DNA of 64,000 nt from Acidimicrobiia bacterium (GTDB lineage Bacteria; Actinomycetota; Acidimicrobiia; Spongiisociales; Spongiisociaceae), in contig JBFGLM010000017.1 in NCBI GenBank assembly GCA_041576165.1, forward strand, positions 1-64,000, given 5' to 3'. Below, one piece after another: positions 1-8,168 of the stretch. Position 1 is the first letter of the stretch. Each line of letters opens with the position of its first letter. A program made the position numbers and the translations under genes. The notes beneath the pieces were generated by a model. It was not told the DNA's origin. It saw nothing but the letters and a program-made list of their open reading frames with translations, and ran no database searches.

Positions 1-147
1 ACGATGAGCTCGCTGCTCGTGCTGGCGGGGGTCGATCAGTCGACTGCGTTCGCGGCCACCGTTGTCTTCAGGATGTTCTCGTTCTACATCCCTGCACTCC
101 AGGGATTCCCGGCGATGAAGTGGCTGGAGCGCAACGACTACCTGTGA
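1..147 (+). CDS. 3' end of YbhN / lysylphosphatidylglycerol synthase TM (flippase-like) membrane protein, partial
   Basis: Frame 1 reads ..SLLVLAGVDQSTAFAATVVFRMFSFYIPALQGFPAMKWLERNDYL*, resembling the C-terminal A..YR..TFWLP segment of this family. Confidence 0.65.
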   Translation, partial: TMSSLLVLAGVDQSTAFAATVVFRMFSFYIPALQGFPAMKWLERNDYL

Positions 148-766
148 CGGCACCGTTCGTCACCTGCATTACGCGCGCACGAGGCCGTGCCGCATGCCGG
201 TGAAGCCCGGAAGAGCTGGGGCACGAGCTGAGTGATGTAGCCGGCCATCACCGCACGGATTGGCCCACTTCGATGGCCGGGAACCGACGCCGGCGGCGAC
301 CATCCACACCAGAACCGATACTGCAGCTCCGGGCCACAGCCTGCCCAATGTGCGCGGAGCCCTGCTGCCACCAGCCAGCGCAACAGTCTGAGCCACCTGA
401 GCCGGCAACGAGCAAACATGCCTTGACGGCCGCGCCAACCGAGGACAACGCCTCACTCAGGTTCGGCCAGTCAACGGTGCCGCGGGGGTCACCACCGGGC
501 AGCCGGCTATCGAGCATTCGCCCATTCCGTGAGGTGCGGCACCCTCGTCGCCCGGCCAGGAGAGAACATCATCGGGCAGCAGCAAGAAGACCGCGCAAGG
601 ATCGGAATGCTTCACCGTGGGCCGTCACGACTGGCCATCCCCTTCACCCGGGTCCTCAAACACGCCAAGCACTCGGCCGGTGCAGAGCAGGGCGTATGGG
701 TCACGTCGGCCCGGGCTTCAAGAAGGTCTCGAGTGCCGCCGGGCTCAACGACAGGCTCAGCGGGGC

Positions 767-1078
767 TCAGCCGGCCAGGACTTTGGCTTTCTCGGCTGCG
801 AACTCCTCGTCGGTGAGGAAGCCCTGCTCCTTCAACGCCGCCAATCGCTCGAGCGCGGCAACCGTGTCATCCATCGATGGAGGTGCGGCTGCCGGTGGCG
901 GTGGGGCCGGAGCTGCGGCTGGCGGAGGTTGCTGAGCCGCGTACATTGCCTGCTGCTCCTGGGCCATCTTTCCTTGCTGTCGCCTGGCGACACGCCCGGA
1001 TACTGCTGTAGCGGTCCCGGCGACGACCGCGGTGCGGCCCATCGTCCTGACCATGCGGCCGGCCATTCTCCTCGGCAT
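767..1078 (-). CDS. SHOCT domain-containing protein
   Basis: RTAVVAGTATAVSGRVARRQ N-terminus, Pro/Ala linker, C-terminal LERLAALKEQGFLTDEEFAAEKAKVL SHOCT motif. Confidence 0.88.
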   Translation of the reverse strand: MPRRMAGRMVRTMGRTAVVAGTATAVSGRVARRQQGKMAQEQQAMYAAQQPPPAAAPAPPPPAAAPPSMDDTVAALERLAALKEQGFLTDEEFAAEKAKVLAG

Positions 1079-1096
1079 AGGATCTACCTTCCTCGA

Positions 1097-1537
1097 CTAC
1101 TCGACATTGGCGGTGACTTCCAGCGCCTCCAGAACGTCCTGGACTGGGATGCGTCCCGTGTCGGCCAGTTGTCCGCCGGATTCCAGGATGGCGGTGGCCA
1201 GAGGCGCGGCCCAGGTGTTCTCCCAGACCGCAAACAGCGCTGAGCTGCCCGGCTCGATGACCTCGCCGGCAGCCGCGATGTCTTCGTCAGACAACAGCTC
1301 GGTCAGGTCGTCCGAATACACGGAGATGCTCCCAATCTCGTCCTGATCCATCTCTGTGACTTCAAGCGCCTCGACCGATCCGTCTTCGCTTCTCTTGACG
1401 AAGACCAGATCGAGGAGGCGAATGATCCCGCGATCAGTGAGGTCCACGATGTTGGGAGCAATCTCGCCGTTGAAGCGGTTGCCTGGAAACTCAAAGATCG
1501 CGTAGTCGATCGGACCGAACTCGCGGATATCTCTCAT
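1097..1537 (-). CDS. DUF6325 (DUF1269-like) family protein
   Basis: GPIDYAIFEFPG, IIRLLDLVFV and PGSSALFAVWENTWAAP motifs; usual partner of SHOCT genes. Confidence 0.85.
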   Translation of the reverse strand: MRDIREFGPIDYAIFEFPGNRFNGEIAPNIVDLTDRGIIRLLDLVFVKRSEDGSVEALEVTEMDQDEIGSISVYSDDLTELLSDEDIAAAGEVIEPGSSALFAVWENTWAAPLATAILESGGQLADTGRIPVQDVLEALEVTANVE

Positions 1538-1597
1538 CGCGTCGTTCCTTCCTGCTGTCTGGTGGTGTGATCATTGCGCCGCGTTGCCGGCGTTCCA

Positions 1598-1614
1598 TCA
1601 CCCTGCCAGGGTGA
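1598..1614. promoter_or_regulatory. TCACCC-N5-GGGTGA operator, copy 1
   Basis: TCACCCtgccaGGGTGA about 60 bp upstream of the DUF6325 start. Confidence 0.75.
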
Positions 1615-1624
1615 TCGAGAACAC

Positions 1625-3379
1625 CTACAGCGGCTGGTGCAGTCGTCGGCCCGGCACTCGCACCCAGAAGCGGTACATCGAGCTGAAGATCTGGGGATGC
1701 CGCTGTTCGAGAAAATCCCAGTTTGACAGACTGCGAGCGGTCGGATCGTCCGGGAAAGTGCTGCGGTACAGGTCCCGCAGCCGGGGAGTCGCCAGCTCGA
1801 AGCCGAGGAACTCGAGGTCCAATGCTTTGATCGCTCGCTGAATGCGAGGCAGGTCAAACCGATCTTCATGGGCGTGGAAGAAAAGATCGCGACAACCGCT
1901 GATCGAATAGAAATCCGGTGCCCTCATAACGCGACGCGCTGGCGAGTCCATCGGCGAGCACCGCAGCGTCGACCGGAAGGCTCGAATTCCCGCGATGGTG
2001 GGTTCAAAGCCGCGTGCGGCGATAATTGCCTTCGCCGGGTCGAGGAACCTTCGACCGTGCGAGCTGTATAGCCCGAGTTTCATGAGACCGCCGGGGCGAA
2101 TCAAGCTTCGCAGCTCACCCCAGCCCTGCTCCGGGTCGGCCATGTGGTGCAGTACACCCATGCATTCGACGACATCGAAGGTCTCATCAAGTGCGGCCAA
2201 TTCGGCGATGTCGGCCTGGGCAAAGCAAATATTCTGGACGTCGAGGCGTTGCGCCTGGTAGGCGCCGTACGCAAGTGCCGCACGGCTCAGGTCAACGGCT
2301 AGGACCCGAGCGCCCGCGTAGCGCACAGCCGTCATGACGGCGTGTCGCCCGGTCCCGGCCCCGGCGATCAGGATTCGAGGCCGCTCCGCGTCAATGTCGT
2401 CCGCTATTGACGGCGCGGCGATGGCGTTGGCAACCGTCTCACCCAAGCGCCGTGCCCGGCGCGATCCCAGATGCCGCCAGCGCGGATAGGGTCGCTCCTC
2501 ATACTGAGCGCGGACAGCCCGGGAGACCGCGTCTGTGATCGCGGTCAACCGGGGCATCTGCTCGGCCTGCGCGCATAGGTCAGCGGGCTCGGCCAAATGC
2601 CGGCGGAACAGTTCTCGCGGTCGGTCGCCACTCGGAACGGTGACCGACTCCCACGAGTCCCGGAAGATCTCTCTCAGCGGTCGATACAACGCATAGATCA
2701 GGATCGGCGCATCACCCGGTTGCACTCGGTTCAGAATCAACCGCTCCAGTGCCGCCAGCTGGTCGACTTCCTCAGCGGTCTCCTGGAATACCCACTCGGT
2801 GAGGTGCATTTGAAGCCCAACCGCCCCCAGCAGCTCGGAAGCAACTCCTACCTGGCCGGTGCCGGTCACCGCCGCCTCGAGCCAGTCGCGGCGAAGGGCG
2901 ACGATCAGGGTTTCTACGGCTTCGCTGGCCAGCAGATAGTCCGACAGCAGTCGCATGATGAGCGGGCTCGAGAGCGCCACGCCAGCCGCAGCCCGGAGTT
3001 TGGGAGACAACCTGGCCCCGGATCTGAGCATGGCCAGCGCATCGGCCACGACCGGGGTTGCCTCCAACCGGTCCACGGCATAAGGCACCAAGCGCTCATG
3101 ATTCACGTGTTCGTCAGCTGCCAGTGCTGCCACTGCGTCGTCGATCGTTCCCGCCGGGTGGTCGGGCACGTCGATGAGCCCCCTGACCAATCGAGCCCGA
3201 GCCCGGTCATTGTTCGGGTCGGCCAGGTAAACCCGGGCAAGATCCGCCAACACCGACCGGTCGCTGCGGGCCCCGAGGGTCACGGGCGGTCTCGCCCGCC
3301 GTACCGGAGGTGCGGAAGCAGCGGTCGGTCGCTCGTCAGCTGCCGGGACCCGCATGCTCGGCCCCCGGACGGGCGACAC
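1625..3379 (-). CDS. Class I SAM-dependent methyltransferase with long N-terminal helical region
   Basis: VRAQYEERPYPRW, ILIAGAGTG SAM motif, FDVVECMGVLHHMADP, GLYS and CRDLFFHAHE motifs; start uncertain. Confidence 0.85.
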   Translation of the reverse strand: MSPVRGPSMRVPAADERPTAASAPPVRRARPPVTLGARSDRSVLADLARVYLADPNNDRARARLVRGLIDVPDHPAGTIDDAVAALAADEHVNHERLVPYAVDRLEATPVVADALAMLRSGARLSPKLRAAAGVALSSPLIMRLLSDYLLASEAVETLIVALRRDWLEAAVTGTGQVGVASELLGAVGLQMHLTEWVFQETAEEVDQLAALERLILNRVQPGDAPILIYALYRPLREIFRDSWESVTVPSGDRPRELFRRHLAEPADLCAQAEQMPRLTAITDAVSRAVRAQYEERPYPRWRHLGSRRARRLGETVANAIAAPSIADDIDAERPRILIAGAGTGRHAVMTAVRYAGARVLAVDLSRAALAYGAYQAQRLDVQNICFAQADIAELAALDETFDVVECMGVLHHMADPEQGWGELRSLIRPGGLMKLGLYSSHGRRFLDPAKAIIAARGFEPTIAGIRAFRSTLRCSPMDSPARRVMRAPDFYSISGCRDLFFHAHEDRFDLPRIQRAIKALDLEFLGFELATPRLRDLYRSTFPDDPTARSLSNWDFLEQRHPQIFSSMYRFWVRVPGRRLHQPL

Positions 3380-4331
3380 ATCGAAATCCCAGATGGCTCA
3401 TTCCGGTATCGACGTCCTGAGCCTGACGGGCTGCCGGCCGGTACCGCATGCAGTAGTTGTCGGCGCACAGGAACGAACCGCCCTTCAAGACCTTGCGGGG
3501 AACCCGGAACTGAGATCTGTGTGGGTTGTAGCTCGTCTCCTCCGTTCCGACTCTTGGCATCTGCGGCGTGCAGCAGCCGCCGCTCGGTGTGCGATCGAGG
3601 ACGAACCAGTCGTCGGTCCACTCCCAGACGTTGCCGGCCATGTCATACAGCCCGAAGCCGTTCGGCGGGAAGGATCCCACTGGAGCCGTTCGCTCGAAGC
3701 CGTCATCGAGCGTGTTCTGCCACGGAAACTCACCCTGCCACCAATTGGCCGGAGGCGAGCCGTTCAGGAGCTTCTCGTCACCCCAGGTGAACTCGGCTCC
3801 GTCTAAGCCGCCCCGGGCTGCCCGCTCCCACTCAACCTCGGAAGGGAGTGATTTACCTGCCCACCGGGCATATTCCGCAGCATCTTCGTGGGCGACGTGG
3901 ACTACGGGATGTTCCTCGAGCCCTTCAACGGAGCTCCCGGGCCCCTCTGGTTGCCACCAACTCGCTCCCGGCACCCACGACCACCAGTTGCCGTAGTCGC
4001 GCAGGTCAACGGGCCCGGGCGTTTTCGTGAACACCATCGAACCGGGGACGAGATTCTCGACTGGAGCTCCCGGGTACGTGGCGGGATCGAGCGGCCGCTC
4101 CGAAACGGTCACATAGCCGGTGTCCTCAACGAAGGTTGCGAAGTCGGCGTTGCGGACCTGGAACTGATCCATCCAGAAGCCCGCAACGTCCGCCCGTATG
4201 GCAGGAGCTTCCTCCGGATAGTGCCGATCCGAGCCCATGGTGTACGTGCCGCCCGGCACCCAGACCATGCCCGGTGCCGGTGGGAATCCCACCGGCACCA
4301 TCCGTTCGCAGGGAGCCCCGGTCGAAGTCAT
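3336..4331 (-). CDS. Formylglycine-generating enzyme (SUMF1/FGE family)
   Basis: HPVVHV, LPSEVEWERAARGG, NGFGLYDMAGNVWEW and KGGSFLCADNYCMRYRPAAR motifs; ATG at 4331 just after the sulfatase stop. Confidence 0.95.
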   Translation of the reverse strand: MTSTGAPCERMVPVGFPPAPGMVWVPGGTYTMGSDRHYPEEAPAIRADVAGFWMDQFQVRNADFATFVEDTGYVTVSERPLDPATYPGAPVENLVPGSMVFTKTPGPVDLRDYGNWWSWVPGASWWQPEGPGSSVEGLEEHPVVHVAHEDAAEYARWAGKSLPSEVEWERAARGGLDGAEFTWGDEKLLNGSPPANWWQGEFPWQNTLDDGFERTAPVGSFPPNGFGLYDMAGNVWEWTDDWFVLDRTPSGGCCTPQMPRVGTEETSYNPHRSQFRVPRKVLKGGSFLCADNYCMRYRPAARQAQDVDTGMSHLGFRCVARPGAEHAGPGS

Positions 4332-4345
4332 CTGGCACCTCTCGG

Positions 4346-5836
4346 CTAGGTACTGCCGACGCCGGCCAGCAGCTTGTCCATGACCTGATCGACCGTGAAG
4401 CTGGCCGCTTTCTGCCGGGGAGGGTACTTCTGGAAGGTCGCTAGGAACTGCCCTACCAGCATCTGGGCCGGTATCGCCAGGAATGCCCGGTCGATCACCC
4501 AATCCCAGTAGGTGTTCGACGTCTGGTCCGCGCGCTCGTACGGATCTGTGCGCAAGTTGAAGAACTTGGGGATCCTCAGCACCGTATAGGGTTCGAACCA
4601 CACTTGTAGCGTTCCGGCAGACCGCTGTTCCATGAAGACCAGCTTCCAGTTGTCGTAGCGAAACGCTGTCAGGTCTCCATCGTCGGAGAAGTAGAAGAAC
4701 TCGATACGCGGGCTCTTGTCGACCTCGCCCGTCAAGTAAGGCAGGATGTTGTAGCCATCGAGATGGACGGTGAAGCTCTTTCCATTTGCCTCATGCCCGT
4801 CGAGCAGCTTCTCCTTGACATGGGGATCGCCAGCCGCCGCCAAGAACGTGGGCAACCAGTCCATGTGGCTGACGATCTCGTTTGACACGACACCGGCCGG
4901 GATCCTGCCGGGCCAGCGCACAATGCAGGGCACGCGATACGCGCCTTCCCAGTTCGAGTTCTTCTCGTTGCGGTACGGCGTCATAGCGCCGTCCGGCCAA
5001 GTGTTCATGTGCGGACCGTTGTCAGTGCCATAGACAACGATTGTGTCCTCGGCGATGCCGAGGTCGTCGAGCTCGTCGAGGATCGCGCCGACGTGTTTGT
5101 CGTGTTCGACCATCGCGTCGTGGTAGTCGGACTGCCAGCGACCCGCCTGACCGCGTATCTCGTCCTTGATATGGGTACGGAAGTGCATGCCCGTCGTGTT
5201 GAACCACATGAAGAAGGGCCTGTTGGCGGCGTGGTTGCGTTGGACGAAATCGATGGCCGCGTCTCGCGTTTCTTCGTCGATCGTTTCCATGCGCTTCTTG
5301 GTCAATGGGCCGGTGTCCTCGATCCGGCCGTCCGAATAGGCGTGGATCACGCCGCGGGGCCCGAAGTTCTCCCGGAAATCGGGGTAGTCCGCGGCGGGAG
5401 GGTAGTCCTCGTGCTCTGGCTCCTCCTCGGCGTTCAGGTGGTACAGATTGCCGAAGAACTCATCGAATCCGTGATTCGATGGCAGGTGCTCGTCGCGATC
5501 GCCCAGATGGTTCTTTCCAAACTGCCCCGTAACGTAGCCGTGGGGTTTGAGCAACTCTGCGATGGTGGGGTCTTCCGGCTGGAGCCCGAGCTCGGCCCCA
5601 GGCATACCTACCTTCGACAGACCCGTCCGGAAGACGCTCTGGCCCGTGATGAACGCAGCTCGACCCGCCGTACAGCTCTGCTCACCGTAGTAGTCGGTGA
5701 ACCGCATTCCCTCGTCGGCCAGTCGATCGATGTTGGGCGTTGTGTAGCCCATGACGCCATCGCCATAACAGCTGAGGTTGGTCAATCCGATGTCGTCGCC
5801 CCAAATCACGACAATGTTTGGCTTTCCGTCCGGCAT
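4346..5836 (-). CDS. Arylsulfatase (Cys-type, CxAxR signature)
   Basis: KPNIVVIWGDDIG, SCTAGRAAFITG, GKNHLG and TDNG motifs. Confidence 0.95.
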   Translation of the reverse strand: MPDGKPNIVVIWGDDIGLTNLSCYGDGVMGYTTPNIDRLADEGMRFTDYYGEQSCTAGRAAFITGQSVFRTGLSKVGMPGAELGLQPEDPTIAELLKPHGYVTGQFGKNHLGDRDEHLPSNHGFDEFFGNLYHLNAEEEPEHEDYPPAADYPDFRENFGPRGVIHAYSDGRIEDTGPLTKKRMETIDEETRDAAIDFVQRNHAANRPFFMWFNTTGMHFRTHIKDEIRGQAGRWQSDYHDAMVEHDKHVGAILDELDDLGIAEDTIVVYGTDNGPHMNTWPDGAMTPYRNEKNSNWEGAYRVPCIVRWPGRIPAGVVSNEIVSHMDWLPTFLAAAGDPHVKEKLLDGHEANGKSFTVHLDGYNILPYLTGEVDKSPRIEFFYFSDDGDLTAFRYDNWKLVFMEQRSAGTLQVWFEPYTVLRIPKFFNLRTDPYERADQTSNTYWDWVIDRAFLAIPAQMLVGQFLATFQKYPPRQKAASFTVDQVMDKLLAGVGST

Positions 5837-5895
5837 GCAGTCCCTCCGTGATCGCGGTCAGATTGCGAGCGTCGCAACAAAAAAACGGCTTCTCA

Positions 5896-5912
5896 TCACC
5901 CAGGGGGGGTGA
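5896..5912. promoter_or_regulatory. TCACCC-N5-GGGTGA operator, copy 2
   Basis: TCACCCaggggGGGTGA about 60 bp upstream of the sulfatase start. Confidence 0.75.
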
Positions 5913-5957
5913 ACGGGCGGTGACAGCCCGGAGCCGGGCGACCGCCGGCTACCGGAA

Positions 5958-6650
5958 TCAAGCCTGTTCGGGGCGCACGGTCGGCTCGACCGCCTTGGGT
6001 GGCAAAAGCAGGTAGGCCCCGGTGAAGAAGCAGACTGCGCCGAGAAACGTGCCCGAGTTCACCAGCGTCAGGTTCAGGATCTCGCCGGTGGTCGGGAGCG
6101 TGAATGACGTGATAGCTGCGGCCATGAAGAAGATCGACCCGACGTAGTTCAGAGCCGAGATCCACCAATCGACGTCTTCGCGGCGGACGCACCAAACCCG
6201 CCCACAGACCAAGACCCATGCCAGATGGCTCGCGACCAGAAATGCGATCGAGCCGAACATGTCGGGCGCCCAAATGAGCCGGTTGGTCTGTTCGATGGAG
6301 AGGTTCTCCAACATTGCGTCGATCGTGTTGATGTTGAACAGAAGCGTTCCGACGAGTTGGACGAGCGTCGCCCACCACAGGATCCGATCGGGTTGCCAGG
6401 CCCAAAAACTGAATTGGTTTCGAGGGCCGGCGCCGGTCACCGGCTCGTTGATCACCTGGAGAAACTGGCTGTATCCGGCCGAGGTGAAGAAGACCGAACC
6501 GACGAAGAACGTTACCCCGACCGTGCCCGGATCAACGAGCTGCGCATAGGGCGGAAACGACCCGACAGCAAACAGCAGCGACCCGACCATGAACAGGGCG
6601 GAGACGCGCCAGCCCAGATCGCCCGGATTCCAAACAAGGCGCCAGCGCAT
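5958..6650 (-). CDS. YrhK-like multi-pass membrane protein
   Basis: About six hydrophobic segments with repeated GSxxF motifs (VGSLLF, VGSVFF, VGTLLF, FGSIAF, VGSIFF); ATG at 6650 after gadB. Confidence 0.7.
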   Translation of the reverse strand: MRWRLVWNPGDLGWRVSALFMVGSLLFAVGSFPPYAQLVDPGTVGVTFFVGSVFFTSAGYSQFLQVINEPVTGAGPRNQFSFWAWQPDRILWWATLVQLVGTLLFNINTIDAMLENLSIEQTNRLIWAPDMFGSIAFLVASHLAWVLVCGRVWCVRREDVDWWISALNYVGSIFFMAAAITSFTLPTTGEILNLTLVNSGTFLGAVCFFTGAYLLLPPKAVEPTVRPEQA

Positions 6651-6675
6651 CAGAGGGGCCTTTCCGGTCGCCGCT

Positions 6676-8046
6676 TCAGTGGGCGAATCCGCCCCGGCCG
6701 GGTGGGTGGGGTGGCGGGTACTTCTCGAGGTGCGCCACAGCATCACCCAAGGCGTCGAGGAGAGCATTGGCGAGGTCGAACCCGAATCCTTCTCGGACCA
6801 CGATGCGCAGCACGGCGACGTCGGTAGCGTTCTCCGGCATCGTGTAGGCCGGAACCTGCCATCCGCCGGTGCGCAGCTGGTCGGAAATGTGGAATACCGT
6901 GTAGGGCGCCGCATCCTTCATGCGGAACGACAGCACCGGTATCGCGGAGCCGTCGCTGACTATCTCGAACGGACCCATCTCGCCGATTCCAGCCGCCATG
7001 TGGGTGGCTACGTCACGCAGCGTCTCCATGATCCTCGTGTACCCCTCGCGGCCGAGGCGCACGAAGTTGTAGTACTGGCCCACGATCTGATTACCCGGCC
7101 GCGAGAAGTTAAGCGTGAAAGTCGGCATGTCGCCGCCCAGGTAGTTCACGTGGAACACGAGGTCTTCGGGTAGATCCTGCTCGGATCGCCAGATAACGAA
7201 ACCGATCCCCGGGTATGTGAGCCCGTACTTGTGACCAGAGACATTGATCGACTTGACCTGGGGCAACCGAAAATCCCATTCCAGGTCTGGATGAAGGAAC
7301 GGCGCTACGAACCCACCGCTTGCCGCGTCCACATGGATGGGGATGTCGAGTCCATGTGCCTCGTTGTACGCGACCACCCGATCGTGGATCTGGCCGATCG
7401 GCTCGAACTCCCCGGTGTAGGTAGTGCCCAGGATCGGGATTACCCCAATCGTGTTCTCGTCGACCCGCTGCATCACGTCGCCGGGATCAACCACGAAACG
7501 GTCATGCGCGACCGGCACGTACCGGCCTTCGACGTCCCAGTACTTGCAGAACTTCTCCCACACGACCTGCACATTCGACCCCATCACCATGTTGGGGCGA
7601 TCGGTGGACTTGCCCTCGGCTTCGCGGCGCGGGCGCCAGCGCCACTTCATGGCGAGCCCGCCCAGCATCACGGCCTCGCTCGATCCGATGGTCGACACAC
7701 CGATGGCGTCTCCGTCGGCCGGAGCATGAAACAAGTCTGCAACGATGTTGACGCACCGGCGCTCGATCTCGGCCGTCTGTGGATACTCGTCCTTGTCGAT
7801 CATGTTCTTGTCGAAGGTCTCTGCCATGAGGCGCTCTGCCTCCGGGTCCATCCAGGTGGTGACGAAGGTCGCCATGTTCAAACGCGAGCTGCCATCCAAC
7901 AAGAGCTCGTCGTGGATCAGGCGGTAGACAGCCTCGGGCGCGGACTCCGCATCAGGAAGTCGGTGTTTGGGTACGGGCGTCCGGCTGAGGCGGCCTGCGT
8001 AGGCCGGCGCGAGCGCAGAACTGTCGGCGACATGTTGGTGAACCAT
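6676..8046 (-). CDS. gadB: Glutamate decarboxylase (PLP-dependent)
   Basis: LNMATFVTTWM, NMIDKDEYPQT, HVDAASGGF, SINVSGHKYG (PLP Lys) and GWQVPAY motifs. Confidence 0.96.
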   Translation of the reverse strand: MVHQHVADSSALAPAYAGRLSRTPVPKHRLPDAESAPEAVYRLIHDELLLDGSSRLNMATFVTTWMDPEAERLMAETFDKNMIDKDEYPQTAEIERRCVNIVADLFHAPADGDAIGVSTIGSSEAVMLGGLAMKWRWRPRREAEGKSTDRPNMVMGSNVQVVWEKFCKYWDVEGRYVPVAHDRFVVDPGDVMQRVDENTIGVIPILGTTYTGEFEPIGQIHDRVVAYNEAHGLDIPIHVDAASGGFVAPFLHPDLEWDFRLPQVKSINVSGHKYGLTYPGIGFVIWRSEQDLPEDLVFHVNYLGGDMPTFTLNFSRPGNQIVGQYYNFVRLGREGYTRIMETLRDVATHMAAGIGEMGPFEIVSDGSAIPVLSFRMKDAAPYTVFHISDQLRTGGWQVPAYTMPENATDVAVLRIVVREGFGFDLANALLDALGDAVAHLEKYPPPHPPGRGGFAH

Positions 8047-8121
8047 TGGATCCTCCGAGAGGGCTTTGATCGGTACCGTCGTGGCGGAACGTCATCGCAC
8101 ACGATGACGCGAGTGGGCGAA

Positions 8122-8138
8122 TCACCCACCGTGGGTGA
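8122..8138. promoter_or_regulatory. TCACCC-N5-GGGTGA operator, copy 3
   Basis: TCACCCaccgtGGGTGA about 75 bp upstream of gadB. Confidence 0.75.
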
Positions 8139-8168
8139 ACAGGTCTGTCGCCGCGCCAAGTGGGCCGG

